Positions 11,054-21,524 of a stretch of DNA of 64,000 bases are shown here, piece after piece. The notes beneath the pieces were generated by a model. The model searched no databases and was not told where the DNA came from. It was given only the letters and a program-made list of their open reading frames with translations. The position numbers were made by a program, and so were the translations under genes. This DNA is from an uncultured Nitrososphaerales archaeon. Lineage in GTDB: Archaea; Thermoproteota; Nitrososphaeria; Nitrososphaerales; Nitrososphaeraceae. The stretch spans positions 32,001 through 96,000 of the forward strand of contig CAWJCY010000013.1 of assembly GCA_963841565.1 (NCBI GenBank), written 5' to 3'. Position 1 is the stretch's first letter; each line of letters starts with the position of its first letter.

Positions 11054-11647
11054 CTAATAGATTTCTTTGAGTTTTTCATCAATATATTCCTTGAAGTCGG
11101 AGTGGTTGAAAATGGAGAAACACTTCACTTTATCCTTCACAGAATTGTGCGGAACCTCTCTGTCTATTACTAGCACAACTCCGGTAGTTGAGTAACCTTC
11201 ACTTCTTACTGCCTCTATGGCTTGAACCACACTATTGCCTTTAGTCATTACATCGTCCACGACCACGACGGGATCAGCGAGATACCCTTCTACTTTTTTT
11301 CCGCTTCCATGAGTTTTAACGTTTCTTCTAACTATGAACTGCTTAATTCCCTCGGAACTGCTTCTCCTAAGACTACTTATTATTATTATTGCAGTTGATA
11401 TTGGGATAGCGCCCATCTCTAACCCACCTACTGATTTTGCATTAAATTCTTTAGAAATGATGTCGTATAGCAATTCACCGATAAGCGTGGCTCCAACTGG
11501 ATCTGTCAAAACCATTTTTAAATCATAGTAAAAATTACTCCTCTCACCGCTTGATAGAACTATCGGCTGACTAGAGACAATTATCCCATTTCTTTTAATA
11601 ATCTCCATCAGCACTTTTCTTTTCAGTTGACTTTCTATAAAATTCAA
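11054..11647 (-). CDS. pyrE: orotate phosphoribosyltransferase
   Basis: LSSGERSNFYYDL, GGLEMGAIPI, VRR..KTHG, PRPP loop VVVDDVMTKGNS, VIDR. Confidence 0.85.
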   Translation of the reverse strand: MNFIESQLKRKVLMEIIKRNGIIVSSQPIVLSSGERSNFYYDLKMVLTDPVGATLIGELLYDIISKEFNAKSVGGLEMGAIPISTAIIIISSLRRSSSEGIKQFIVRRNVKTHGSGKKVEGYLADPVVVVDDVMTKGNSVVQAIEAVRSEGYSTTGVVLVIDREVPHNSVKDKVKCFSIFNHSDFKEYIDEKLKEIY

Positions 11648-12056
11648 CCGATGGGTTCTCAGATAACGAACATAGAGCTTTCTTTATAAGTGTAGTGGAT
11701 TGAACTTCAATCAGTGTAATCATACACTTTTTTTAGCATTAATTTATTATTCTATTTGGTATTGCTTCTAGAATAGCCATGGCTCAAGGAATTATTCATC
11801 CTATATAGCACGCAGAAACTGAACCTTCTGAATCAAATAAAATAGCTCTTAGCTTTTAATGAACCTCTTATTGTGTTTGCCTGTCAACCAAGAAGTTAAA
11901 CAAGGGACGCGCAGTTCCAGAAAATTTATTTCTATTCTTCACAATAGGTATTGCAAGTTACATTGCTTACTTTGTACAAGACAGAAGGCCTAACTGATGT
12001 TCTATTTCAATGGGTCGGTTGGCACGATAGACACAGAAAAGTACTTTGAGAAAAAA

Positions 12057-12482
12057 CTATTGTAATTCGGCTTGAATCCTTTTCACTAATTCCTCTGTCT
12101 CTATAGGTTTCTTAATGAAGCAATCTATTTCAATTTGAGGGAACAATTCTCGTAAGGATCGGTAGTACACTTCAAATGCAGTGATAAAACACACCTTTGC
12201 TTTCTTGTCTAACTTCTCCAATTTCTCATATAATTGAAAGCCGTTCATTTTTGGCATCTTGATATCAAGTAGAAGTAAATTATACACACCCATCTTAAAA
12301 TTGGCCAGTGCTTCAGAAGGATCATTAAACGCGTCGACCCTGTAACCCTTACCTTCTAAACCCATTTTAAAAGTTGCAGTTACATCTGGCTCATCATCCA
12401 CTAAGAGGATTCTTTTGCTTTCCGTTGACGCACTGGTGGACAATGTGGATGAAAACTGTAAAGAAGAGGTTTCCTCCTGCAT
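12057..12482 (-). CDS. single-domain response regulator (receiver)
   Basis: ILLVDDE, LLDIKMPKMNG, FITA, IKKP. Confidence 0.93.
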   Translation of the reverse strand: MQEETSSLQFSSTLSTSASTESKRILLVDDEPDVTATFKMGLEGKGYRVDAFNDPSEALANFKMGVYNLLLLDIKMPKMNGFQLYEKLEKLDKKAKVCFITAFEVYYRSLRELFPQIEIDCFIKKPIETEELVKRIQAELQ

Positions 12483-12775
12483 ATTTACGCCAGTATTAGT
12501 ACAATTGTTAGTCCAGGATAAATAAGTTTAGGACATTCAGGTAAATAATTGCCAAGAACGACACGGTCAATAAGTTATCTTACAGGGAGATAAATTTCAG
12601 TCTAATAACACCAAAATTGAATTTATGCTCATGGACATTAAATAGACCATACCTTGACAAAGGGAATTGATTTGTTTGTTTGAGTATATTCCGCATCCCC
12701 TGTTTATTCGACGTCTCATCCATGTTTTTCCTATCCTTTAGGATCAAAGTGAAACGTTTCAAAACACAATAGTCA

Positions 12776-13372
12776 TTATCTCTTTTCTGACTGAGCTTCT
12801 CTACCTAAAACTAGTAACAAATTGATACCCGTCGCAGGAAATTTTCTCACTCCAAGCAATAGTTCATTAACCAACCCCTCCAATGGCCTGTCCTTAAATC
12901 TTGGGCCAAGCTCTAATAGCCATGATTTTGCTTTTTCAAAACCTTCAACTTTTTCGAGGGCTTTGCGAAGGCGTGTTTGATTAGTAACTAATGGAATCAA
13001 AGCATACAAGTACTCACTTATATATCGACTACCTTGAACGGTAATAGAGTACGATTCGAATTCTGTACCTTGATAAAAGGGGATACCTCTATGGAGCAAA
13101 GACGCTTCCTCCAACTCCTGTAATCGTGCTGACACATCACCCAGCCTCCTCGAAACAGGCTTTGCCGAAATCGGTAAGACATAAGGGACGTCTCCAATCA
13201 GGATTTTGATAGAATCAGGAAAAACAGTCCCGCTAGATTGACTTGAAGCTTGAGTTTGAAGCTGATTATCTGCATGTTGATGCTCTATACGAAAATATCG
13301 TTCTTCAGATGCAAGGTATATGAGGACAGCCGATTGAAAATCTGAATACTTAGACGCCTGATAAGTTGTCAA
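12776..13372 (-). CDS. hypothetical protein with probable winged-helix segment
   Basis: VSARLQELEEASLL...YSITVQG resembles a wHTH recognition helix plus wing. Confidence 0.5.
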   Translation of the reverse strand: MTTYQASKYSDFQSAVLIYLASEERYFRIEHQHADNQLQTQASSQSSGTVFPDSIKILIGDVPYVLPISAKPVSRRLGDVSARLQELEEASLLHRGIPFYQGTEFESYSITVQGSRYISEYLYALIPLVTNQTRLRKALEKVEGFEKAKSWLLELGPRFKDRPLEGLVNELLLGVRKFPATGINLLLVLGREAQSEKR

Positions 13373-14588
13373 ATCATATCTACCTATCCTTTTCTCTTAC
13401 TATACTGAGGAGCTCTATCTTATACGTGTCGATCCTCCTCGAATCAAAAAATGAACGATTTGAGGTTCTATCTATTCACGAGATGAATACCTCAACCGAA
13501 TGTAGAGATGTAAGCACATTAAAAAATTGAATACTTTAGCAAAGATCCCAAATATAGGAAGTAATAGTAAATTCTTTCTTAAGGTATATAGGGTGTTCAC
13601 CTCTTTTGTGAATCTGAAAATCACCATTGGCTAAAATCTACCTATTTGATTGGCGATGGCGTCAGATGGGTTGCTAATCCTCAACTACAATAAAAGGAGA
13701 TATCTCCAGTAAACGATAAAACAATGGAAAAGGACCATATCTATGGAAATATTCGACAAGCATAATATTGCGATGAGTGCATATTTCGTTGTAATGTTTG
13801 TTATCCCTCGATCGGGAGAAGTTGCGTTTCATGCTACAGTTTCTTAGACACGAAGTACTCAAATGAGATGAATTGGCAAGAAACATAGACTTGAGTTCAT
13901 GATCCACTCCATGGACAAGAAAGTCATCGGGCAGGAATTTATACCCCACTAGAGACGACAATAGCGTGTGGATTGGGGATGTATCAAAGACTGCCAGTAA
14001 ACCAGTGAATGTAGCGATACCCTTTGGCTACTACAGGAGCTCAGTATCCAATCAAATAGCGTAACCATTCGGAGAGCCATTGACAGTTCAGTTTGTACGA
14101 GAAGTATCAATAAATCTCGTGAAGCCCCATAGAGGAACGCATGTGAACTCTGAAAGTACTGATTTTGCTAGCAATTCTCTCCGTTTATTACAAATAACGG
14201 GGATCTGTTTACTGTAACTATACCGTAAATGCTGGTGCGGTGAAATGAGGCAACGCTAAGTGGAAGAAGATGAAGATTAAGAATGGAGCTAATGGCGACC
14301 AAACTGACACCTATTAATGGTCATTATACTGACTTTTTTGTTAGAATTTGCCTGATGATATTTTTCTTTGAAATACTGTAATCCTCAAGAATAATGAATG
14401 AAGTCATTTAGTCCTGAGATTTGAAAGTGGAATTTCCAGTTAGCCACGACGATGATTTTAGCTCCTTGGATTACATCTAAAAAAAACTTTTATTTAGAAT
14501 TAGATTGTTATAGTCTATCAGATTGAGCGATCGCCGAGATCTTTCCAAGGGACAAAAGGAGTATATCGAGGCGGGAAGCGGAGCTGGA

Positions 14589-14699
14589 ATGGCGACATCT
14601 TCTAGAGCAGTCTGCGACTACTGTGATGAAGGGAGACATAACGAATGCAATACAGAATCAAAATGCTATTGTGCAAAGAACGGACATAGGATGCTTTGA
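14589..14699 (+). CDS. 36-aa Cys/His-rich microprotein (not in ORF track)
   Basis: MATSSRAVCDYCDEGRHNECNTESKCYCAKNGHRML*. Confidence 0.55.
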   Translation: MATSSRAVCDYCDEGRHNECNTESKCYCAKNGHRML

Positions 14700-15446
14700 G
14701 AGAATCATTGTTATCGCTAACTTGATGATATATAATCTCGTCAGGATTCTTACGATCTTATTTCTTTGTTCATCATCACAGGCTCAATAATTAGCGTGAT
14801 ATATTCGGCCGAACAAGCACGTATAATTTCATTGCTAACGCTCCTCCCATCTTCCTAGTCGTTGCCATTAATTTGATCGTGTGGGTTTCTCTTCTCCGAT
14901 GTTATATATTCTCACTTAATGGGTCGCTTTTTGTATGTCCCTTTAAACCAACGCTAAATGAATGGTACAAGAAGAAGGAGTCAAAAACATTAATGAAAAA
15001 TCAAAAGTAAGATAATTGAATAACGCTTTTGATACCAAAAAATGAACTATTTTTCAAAGATTATGTAGGAGGGATCAGTCTCGATATGATAATGATTGTC
15101 ATTCTGAGTAGTAGATATCTAAATTTTTCCAGGAAGGGCTGTGTAATCTAATTAGGAAATTCGGTTCAGGTCTTTATTAGAATCGACTCTGATCCCGACA
15201 CAGGATCATCAGAAATCTCTGAGTGCAACTAAATCATTAACACAATCTGTATCACTTACCGAACAGGAATTAGCTGAAGGCCATTTTATAATTGGGTCAA
15301 AAGATAAGATTAGGACATGTATTTTCCTTTGGTGACGCAATCTTCGCTTTCTCGGTAACCTTCATGGCATATCAATTTTGATATAATAATCATTGAAGAC
15401 GGTCAAAAAAGGGAGAGATTGACCTTATACAGGTTAGTGGATTAAA

Positions 15447-16259
15447 TTACCTTCCTATACACAGACCACTTGGATTACTTGTCTCACAGCTGTTGTCTAC
15501 ATACTGATTTGCATTGATATTTGTTGGTAGTCCGTTTGCATTGTTAAGGTCAATTACATTCTCAAGTACGTTATTGGCTGATATTGTATTCTGTTTGCTC
15601 TGTCCATCAAGAAATACTCCATTCTGACTTCCAACTACATTGTTCATTGCTATACTTGACTGTTGTGAGTTGACAAATGTTATTCCTGCTAGCAAGTTTC
15701 CATTCATAAGGTTTGAGTCTATAGCAGCACCTGTACTTGAGTGAGATGCTACACCTATACTATTACCTTGTATGATGTTTTGTTGTACTTGTGCATTTTC
15801 AGCTCCTGTCATAAATGTACCTATCTGGTTGTTAGATAGTATGACAGAATTAATCGCAAATCCAGTTGCTCCAGTAAGAAGTGCTCCTGCTTGGAAGTTG
15901 CTGATTGAACCAGGTCCATTTACTACTACATTATCAACATTTGGTACCATTATTCCAACTTTAGAGCTGTCCTGTCCAGGTCCTGTGATTGAGAATCCAT
16001 TCATGTTAATTACTGTGTTTGGACCACCTACTATGATACCATCTCCACTGCAGTTAAGATTTGCAGTTAGATTTACTACTCCGCTTACGACTTGTCCACA
16101 TGCTGCGTTAGTTGATGCTTCTGGAGTCCCACCACCTTGTTGTTGTGCAGCCGCAGGTGTTGCTATACCTATTGTCAGTGTGCTCAATGTGATTAGCGTG
16201 ACCAATATTGATGCCGCTATCATGGATGATATACTACTACGCTTGCCTTCTAGTTCCAT
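15447..16259 (-). CDS. secreted right-handed parallel beta-helix protein, copy 2 (intact)
   Basis: signal peptide ending AAA-QQQ, N/G-rich beta-coil repeats, terminal Cys pairs, C-terminus CETSNPSGLCIGR. Confidence 0.9.
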   Translation of the reverse strand: MELEGKRSSISSMIAASILVTLITLSTLTIGIATPAAAQQQGGGTPEASTNAACGQVVSGVVNLTANLNCSGDGIIVGGPNTVINMNGFSITGPGQDSSKVGIMVPNVDNVVVNGPGSISNFQAGALLTGATGFAINSVILSNNQIGTFMTGAENAQVQQNIIQGNSIGVASHSSTGAAIDSNLMNGNLLAGITFVNSQQSSIAMNNVVGSQNGVFLDGQSKQNTISANNVLENVIDLNNANGLPTNINANQYVDNSCETSNPSGLCIGR

Positions 16260-16287
16260 TTCTTAATCAACCAGAATCAAAGAATCT

Positions 16288-16305
16288 GTATTATATATAT
16301 GGATG
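16288..16305 (-). promoter_or_regulatory. conserved promoter element CATCCATATATATAATAC of beta-helix copy 2
   Basis: identical 18-mer upstream of copy 3, and 2 mismatches to copy 1. Confidence 0.75.
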
Positions 16306-16469
16306 CATGCACAGTACTAAATCTATTATTGATTGCATTTGATTATAAATATTCATTCAAGTTATTGACGATAAGGCTTTACTAGTAAAATTACTTCTTC
16401 TACTGTAACAATGTTATACCATTTGACCACTAAAATACCGTGTGGGAAATGAACCAAGTTACAAATTGA

Positions 16470-16754
16470 ATGACATTTATTTTAAATTCAAGGAATATCA
16501 TCGGTGTTGTTCTTATTGCAGACAAAATCGTAACTAATCAAACTGATGAATTGAATTTTTATTTTGCTGAAAATCTAATTTCAGTCCTGGACAATATCAT
16601 GATTGGTTCATCGGATGGTAAGAATAATGCCGTGGCTGTAGAGGTTACTGATACAAAGTATTTAAACAGGCTTACGATATTTCGTAAAGGTAATTTTGTA
16701 AAATTGCCTCAATCAAGCGAATCCGAGAGGGTCTGTAATTTAGGTTCAGGTTGA
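16470..16754 (+). CDS. hypothetical protein
   Basis: 94-aa ORF with ATG start; no recognisable motif. Confidence 0.35.
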   Translation: MTFILNSRNIIGVVLIADKIVTNQTDELNFYFAENLISVLDNIMIGSSDGKNNAVAVEVTDTKYLNRLTIFRKGNFVKLPQSSESERVCNLGSG

Positions 16755-16899
16755 CAGAATGGGCTTAAAATATGTAAAAAGAAACTTTGTGTGATTATGG
16801 TCAGATTGTCTCTACCAAAACAACAAACTAATTGTTAACGAACAATTGATCCTTGTTTACACCCTCCCTCCTCTTCGTGTAATACATTAATTATATTAT

Positions 16900-17370
16900 A
16901 TGCATGCTGACTCTTTCAAATGCATAAGCTCAGATCGACTCGAAATAATTATCAGAGAAAGAATCACCTCGCTTAAAGAGGAGATAGAAATTGCCACAAA
17001 TTCAAGTCTAAATATGTTAGAGATACAAAATCTTAGAGAGGAAGTCCACTTTTTAGAATGGTCTTCACAACATATCCAATTAATTACAACCCATAATGAT
17101 ATTCAAAAGGTAGTACATAAAGAAACAAATAATCAACAGGAGTTAGAAGATACCGTTCAATTCGAACAGCTTTTAAGAGATAGAATTCATAGTTTGATCT
17201 TGACTCCAGATTTTAATCATAACCGGAAGAAAGCTAATAGTCTCAGAAACGAGAAAAATACATTGGAATGCGTATTAGGTCATTTGTCAACTCTGAAATA
17301 TGACGAATTGCCTTCAAGCCCAAGTGAAATGATGGAAGTGAATAGGGCCTTTGTTCATGCAAAGAATTGA
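16900..17370 (+). CDS. hypothetical coiled-coil protein with internal duplication
   Basis: IIRERITSL...NLREEVHFLEW is echoed by LLRDRIHSL...SLRNEKNTLEC. Confidence 0.6.
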   Translation: MHADSFKCISSDRLEIIIRERITSLKEEIEIATNSSLNMLEIQNLREEVHFLEWSSQHIQLITTHNDIQKVVHKETNNQQELEDTVQFEQLLRDRIHSLILTPDFNHNRKKANSLRNEKNTLECVLGHLSTLKYDELPSSPSEMMEVNRAFVHAKN

Positions 17371-17684
17371 TAGAAATGTCCAATGGAGCGAATGACCAAG
17401 GCACAGATTTTGTCATTTTTCCAAAAACCAAGTCAGTTTGACTGATACACAATCAATATTTTCCGTGTCATCATGAGTTTTTACAGTCCCGCTAGCCGTT
17501 GGAATTATTAGCCATTGTGCCAAAGGATGGTCGATACGGAATACATTACTGACCCAAGATTTACTTCGTCCAATTAAACTCAAGTATTTATAGTTAAATC
17601 GATTATAGTTGCATACAACCTAAGTGACATTTACTGCCCTCTTATTCGGACGAGATATTTTCCAAATCACGTTGTGCCCGCGAT

Positions 17685-18104
17685 TTAAAAGAGTCGTCTA
17701 TGCTCTGCCATCATACACCTATTAAAAACAACGTCTAAGCCGTTCTCATTAGCTTTTTTCTCTGCATCATCATTATAGATCCCTTCCTGCATCCATATTA
17801 CCTTAATTTGATCCTTTTTGTGGATTGCATCGTCAACTACAGAAGGCACATCTTCTGATTTTCTGAAAATGTCCACAATGTCCACTCTGTCCGGAATTTC
17901 AGATACTGTAGAATATGATTTTCGCCCTAAAACTTCGGGAACTGTTGGATTCACTGGAATCACTTTATATCCATGCTGAATAAGATATTTTGGTACAAAA
18001 TGCCCTGCTTTCTGTTCATTTATTGACATACCCACTACTGCAATATTTTTCAATTCGTAAATTTTCTTCAGTTGTGAATCTGTATGAGAATCTTGTTTCA
18101 TCAT
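17685..18104 (-). CDS. CoA-binding protein (YccU family)
   Basis: IAVVGMS, YKVIPVNP, VDIVDIFR, IWMQEG, NRCM. Confidence 0.93.
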   Translation of the reverse strand: MMKQDSHTDSQLKKIYELKNIAVVGMSINEQKAGHFVPKYLIQHGYKVIPVNPTVPEVLGRKSYSTVSEIPDRVDIVDIFRKSEDVPSVVDDAIHKKDQIKVIWMQEGIYNDDAEKKANENGLDVVFNRCMMAEHRRLF

Positions 18105-18529
18105 ATATCTAAATTAGTGTTCATACAATAAAATAATTACGATAACTTCCAAGGTAAATGACAAGTATAGGCTCTAAATATGTTGAGCTGCCTTCCATTT
18201 ATCTTAACCTTTCAGTGCGCGCTCGTTCGATCCTATGCAATAACATTAATGAAGAGGATAGGTCCTTAACAAATTGACAAACGTTGCTTCCACACTGCTC
18301 CTATTTATATAGGTGTAGAAAAGAAACTAATTATTGTTGACAATACGAGGTAACAACTACGCGGTACTATTCATTTTATTGATAATGCATCATACCCAGA
18401 ATCAAAACAATACATAAACAAAAGCATTAAAATCCAATACTAAAAGACCACCCCAGACTTTAGAAAAATTATCTTCGTCTAAATCAATTGTCATTACATT
18501 TCTCAATTCTACTTCACGCTAATTGACGC

Positions 18530-19306
18530 TCAACAAAAGATATACTCTCTCAACGGCGGCCCAGGGATATTATTAGTATTCACTAATTTCCATCGATTAG
18601 CCTGGAGAACACCATCGATCTCACATTCTGATATATTCTCCGTCCTGTCTTCAATAACAATATCGGCCATCAGTCGTTCCTCGTCATCAGAATGCCCAAG
18701 ACCAAGAGCATGTCCTATCTCATGCTTTGCTATCTGCTCTATAATTTCATTATTAAATCCATAGTCTAATACATCGTCAGAAATTGTTATTTTGACATTG
18801 TCTACGAGTCCTTGATTTGTAAATCTAAATTGGGTCCAACCCGCAGTTGGTATTACCTTTAGGTCATCATCTATATCACTTTTGAAATTGTATTCTCGGT
18901 TTCCATTTTCGATACTTCTCAGACTGTCGAATGTTATTTGAATATCTGGAGCACGAGAGGATTTCTCTACTTTTCTCAGTTCCAACCCGTCGATATTAGA
19001 ATCCCACTCTTCTACCGCGTCTTCTACTGCAAGTTTTGTTGATTCATCTACCTTAACAGTTTCTACCAACGCATATGTAAGGATTCTGTCAGCTATCGCG
19101 TTTGACCAAGAGCAACATATTTCTAATATATCTAAACTTTGGGGACTTTCATTGTTCTCGTTTGTACCAATGTACTGTAACTGACCACCAGCGTAATAGT
19201 CATCGTAACCAAAAGATAGTTTAACAGAATTGATAGAGAAAATGAGAATTGTACCAAATAACATTGCCAAGGAAAAAGTTACAACACGTGGATCCTTCAA
19301 GGTCAC
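18530..19306 (-). CDS. secreted matrixin-like (metzincin) metalloprotease
   Basis: signal peptide; HEIGHALGLGHS zinc motif followed by LM Met-turn. Confidence 0.88.
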   Translation of the reverse strand: MTLKDPRVVTFSLAMLFGTILIFSINSVKLSFGYDDYYAGGQLQYIGTNENNESPQSLDILEICCSWSNAIADRILTYALVETVKVDESTKLAVEDAVEEWDSNIDGLELRKVEKSSRAPDIQITFDSLRSIENGNREYNFKSDIDDDLKVIPTAGWTQFRFTNQGLVDNVKITISDDVLDYGFNNEIIEQIAKHEIGHALGLGHSDDEERLMADIVIEDRTENISECEIDGVLQANRWKLVNTNNIPGPPLREYIFC

Positions 19307-19708
19307 ACTAAGTCATTGAACTCAGAGCAAAATAAAGAGCTTGCGGCACCTATGCTGAATGTATTTTTGATTGATTACTAACTTTGTCGATAAGTGCTTC
19401 TTAAATCATTAGCGTACTCAGCCATTTAAGGATTGGTGGATGTAGTCCCATTGGTTCATGAATGAATGTTAGCCAATTCGGGTGTTTCTAGAAGGATCAT
19501 AAACATTCAGCTCACCTAAATAAAATTCATTTCACATTTTGTTACAAAACTCATGTTGGCCAGCTCGAATCTCATCGCAACTTCTCTCAAATACTATTTA
19601 AAATTAGTCAACTGATAGAAAATATTTGGTGCATCGTAATTAGAATACAAAATACATTTGCATGTGGATGACAAATGTATTCTATCGAACAAACATCTCC
19701 AAAGAATA

Positions 19709-20152
19709 CTACTTTACCACCAGCACTGGGGAATGTGAATAAGAGATGATACCCGATGCTACACTCCCTAGCACTATTTTACTGAGTCCGGTCCTCCCTC
19801 TTGTCCCGATGACGATTAGATCGATACCTTCTTTTTCTGCATATTCTAGTATTACATAGTCAACAGGCCTTTGACTATTGACGAGCTCAGTTCTTAGTTC
19901 AATTTTGTTCTGCCTTGCTCTTTGAGTAAATGATTCGAACCATGTCTTTGCTTTTTCCATTTCAGAAAGTCCGGCCCCTACTTCGATCGCTTCTAGTTGA
20001 GAAACACGGGATTTTGCTGGCAAGTAGGCGACAGTAACCGCAATCAACTTGGCCATATATTTAATCGAAATTTCCATTGCGTATTCAGTCGCCCTCAATG
20101 AATGGTTTGAACCGTCTATGCCAACAAGTACCTTGGAAACGCCCCCTTTCAT
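19709..20152 (-). CDS. universal stress protein
   Basis: VLVGIDGSNHS, DLIVIGTRGRTG, LGSVA, PVLVVK. Confidence 0.93.
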   Translation of the reverse strand: MKGGVSKVLVGIDGSNHSLRATEYAMEISIKYMAKLIAVTVAYLPAKSRVSQLEAIEVGAGLSEMEKAKTWFESFTQRARQNKIELRTELVNSQRPVDYVILEYAEKEGIDLIVIGTRGRTGLSKIVLGSVASGIISYSHSPVLVVK

Positions 20153-20288
20153 TGCTGTCCTTCTGATAACAGATATTTATTAAAGGTTGACTCTCGACAA
20201 TACGATCGTATTATTACCTATAAGAATTAGTGTAAATGGTTAGTATTACTCTCACATTCAGACTTCACATGTTTTTATGGAGTTCCCC

Positions 20289-20419
20289 TCAAAGACAATG
20301 AATGCACCATAATTGGATTATTTGTTTCTCGTCTCCAGTGGCCTTCAGAATTGTACTGTAAGCTCGGGGCTGGTTCGTCCACACTTATCACATTTGCCCT
20401 GGTAGTTAATTTCATTCAT
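20289..20419 (-). pseudogene. putative ~43-aa zinc-ribbon microprotein, frameshifted
   Basis: MNEINYQGKCDKCGRTSPELT / ILKATGDEKQIIQLWCIHCL* in two frames; span is 131 nt, one short of in-frame. Confidence 0.4.
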
Positions 20420-20983
20420 CTAATCCATAACCAAAAGGAGTTCTTTATTTCTTTCAATTTACATGATTCAATTTCATAGTGTTGCGAATTTGATTGCCTT
20501 AGAAGAATCCGTGCGTCAATGAAGATGTCCTCTTCATCAGTGTCACTTACCTTAACCCTTAAAGAGACAACACATAACTTAGAAGCATCTGTTTTTGGCT
20601 CTGCATTGTAGTGAATACTTATCCATATCCATAATAATCACTTGTCGCACAAGAGGTAATCGGTATAGTTTTCATGATTTGGAATTAGCATTTATTTTAT
20701 TGCTACACATCATATCACTTGGCAAATTAAACATTTGTCTCATGATCCTGACAAGTCGCAGAGAAAATATTGAGAATGCGCGAATACCAATTTGCCATAT
20801 TAGTGATTACTTTTTTTTATTTCGATTCATTAAATATTTATCCGGCGGTCGGAGTCATACACGAATCTGATTATTCCTCTAAAAATTGCAGTCATTCCAA
20901 TAGTCAAGTCGAAACTAAGATTGGAGAGCCCCACGGTTTCTTGTTTAGCAAATTAATTATACTAGCTTAGCTGCTGTTAGTTT

Positions 20984-21166
20984 ATGAAAACTTTAGCATG
21001 TCGAGAGGCAGGTTTTGATTGTGACTACATCGTTACTGGCGAAACAGAAGAAGAAATATTTCGGAAGGGAGGGGAACACGCTACGAAGGATCATGGAATG
21101 AAAGAAGAAGATATTACTCCAGAATTCAAAGAAAAGCTCAGAGGACTAATTCGCACAGCTGGATAA
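20984..21166 (+). CDS. DUF1059 small metal-binding protein
   Basis: MKTLACREAGFDCDY...GETEEE...EHA..DHG. Confidence 0.88.
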   Translation: MKTLACREAGFDCDYIVTGETEEEIFRKGGEHATKDHGMKEEDITPEFKEKLRGLIRTAG

Positions 21167-21239
21167 AAGGCTCTGTGCTAAGTGATGCATACATTCAGCT
21201 ATTCTGTGTAGTGATAACGTGATACATTAAGAACTGAAG

Positions 21240-21524
21240 ATGGTCGACAAAATCAAATGTGCGCATATACTTGTAAATAAGCATAGTGAAGCACTTCAAA
21301 TCCTTGAAAGGATAAAAAAAGGAGAAAGCTTTGCCGATCTGGCAAGGGAACTGTCTATAGATAGGGGGAGCGGAAAGCGTGGCGGAGATTTAGGACTTTT
21401 TGGCAGGGGACAGATGGTAAAACCGTTTGAAGAGGCAGCATTCAAACTAAAGAAAGGAGAAATGACTAATGAGCCAGTGCGAACCCAATTCGGTTATCAC
21501 ATTATAAAAAGAGCTGGAAATTAG
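21240..21524 (+). CDS. parvulin-type peptidyl-prolyl isomerase
   Basis: CAHILV, FADLARELS.D, GGDLG.F.RGQMVKPFEEAAF, PVRTQFGYHIIK. Confidence 0.95.
   Translation: MVDKIKCAHILVNKHSEALQILERIKKGESFADLARELSIDRGSGKRGGDLGLFGRGQMVKPFEEAAFKLKKGEMTNEPVRTQFGYHIIKRAGN

Noticed and set aside
14222-14270. Group II intron domain V (TGCGGTGAAA)
   Set aside because: No catalytic-triad hairpin context, no GTGCG 5' end assignable, no intron-encoded protein.
5825-16259. IS or composite transposon formed by the repeats
   Set aside because: The repeats encode a secreted protein; no transposase, terminal inverted repeats or target-site duplications were seen.
15772-16266. Conserved antisense ORFs MMFCCTCAF... 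(also 6150..6371 and 60249..60824)
   Set aside because: Shadow frames whose conservation is explained by the repeated sense gene.
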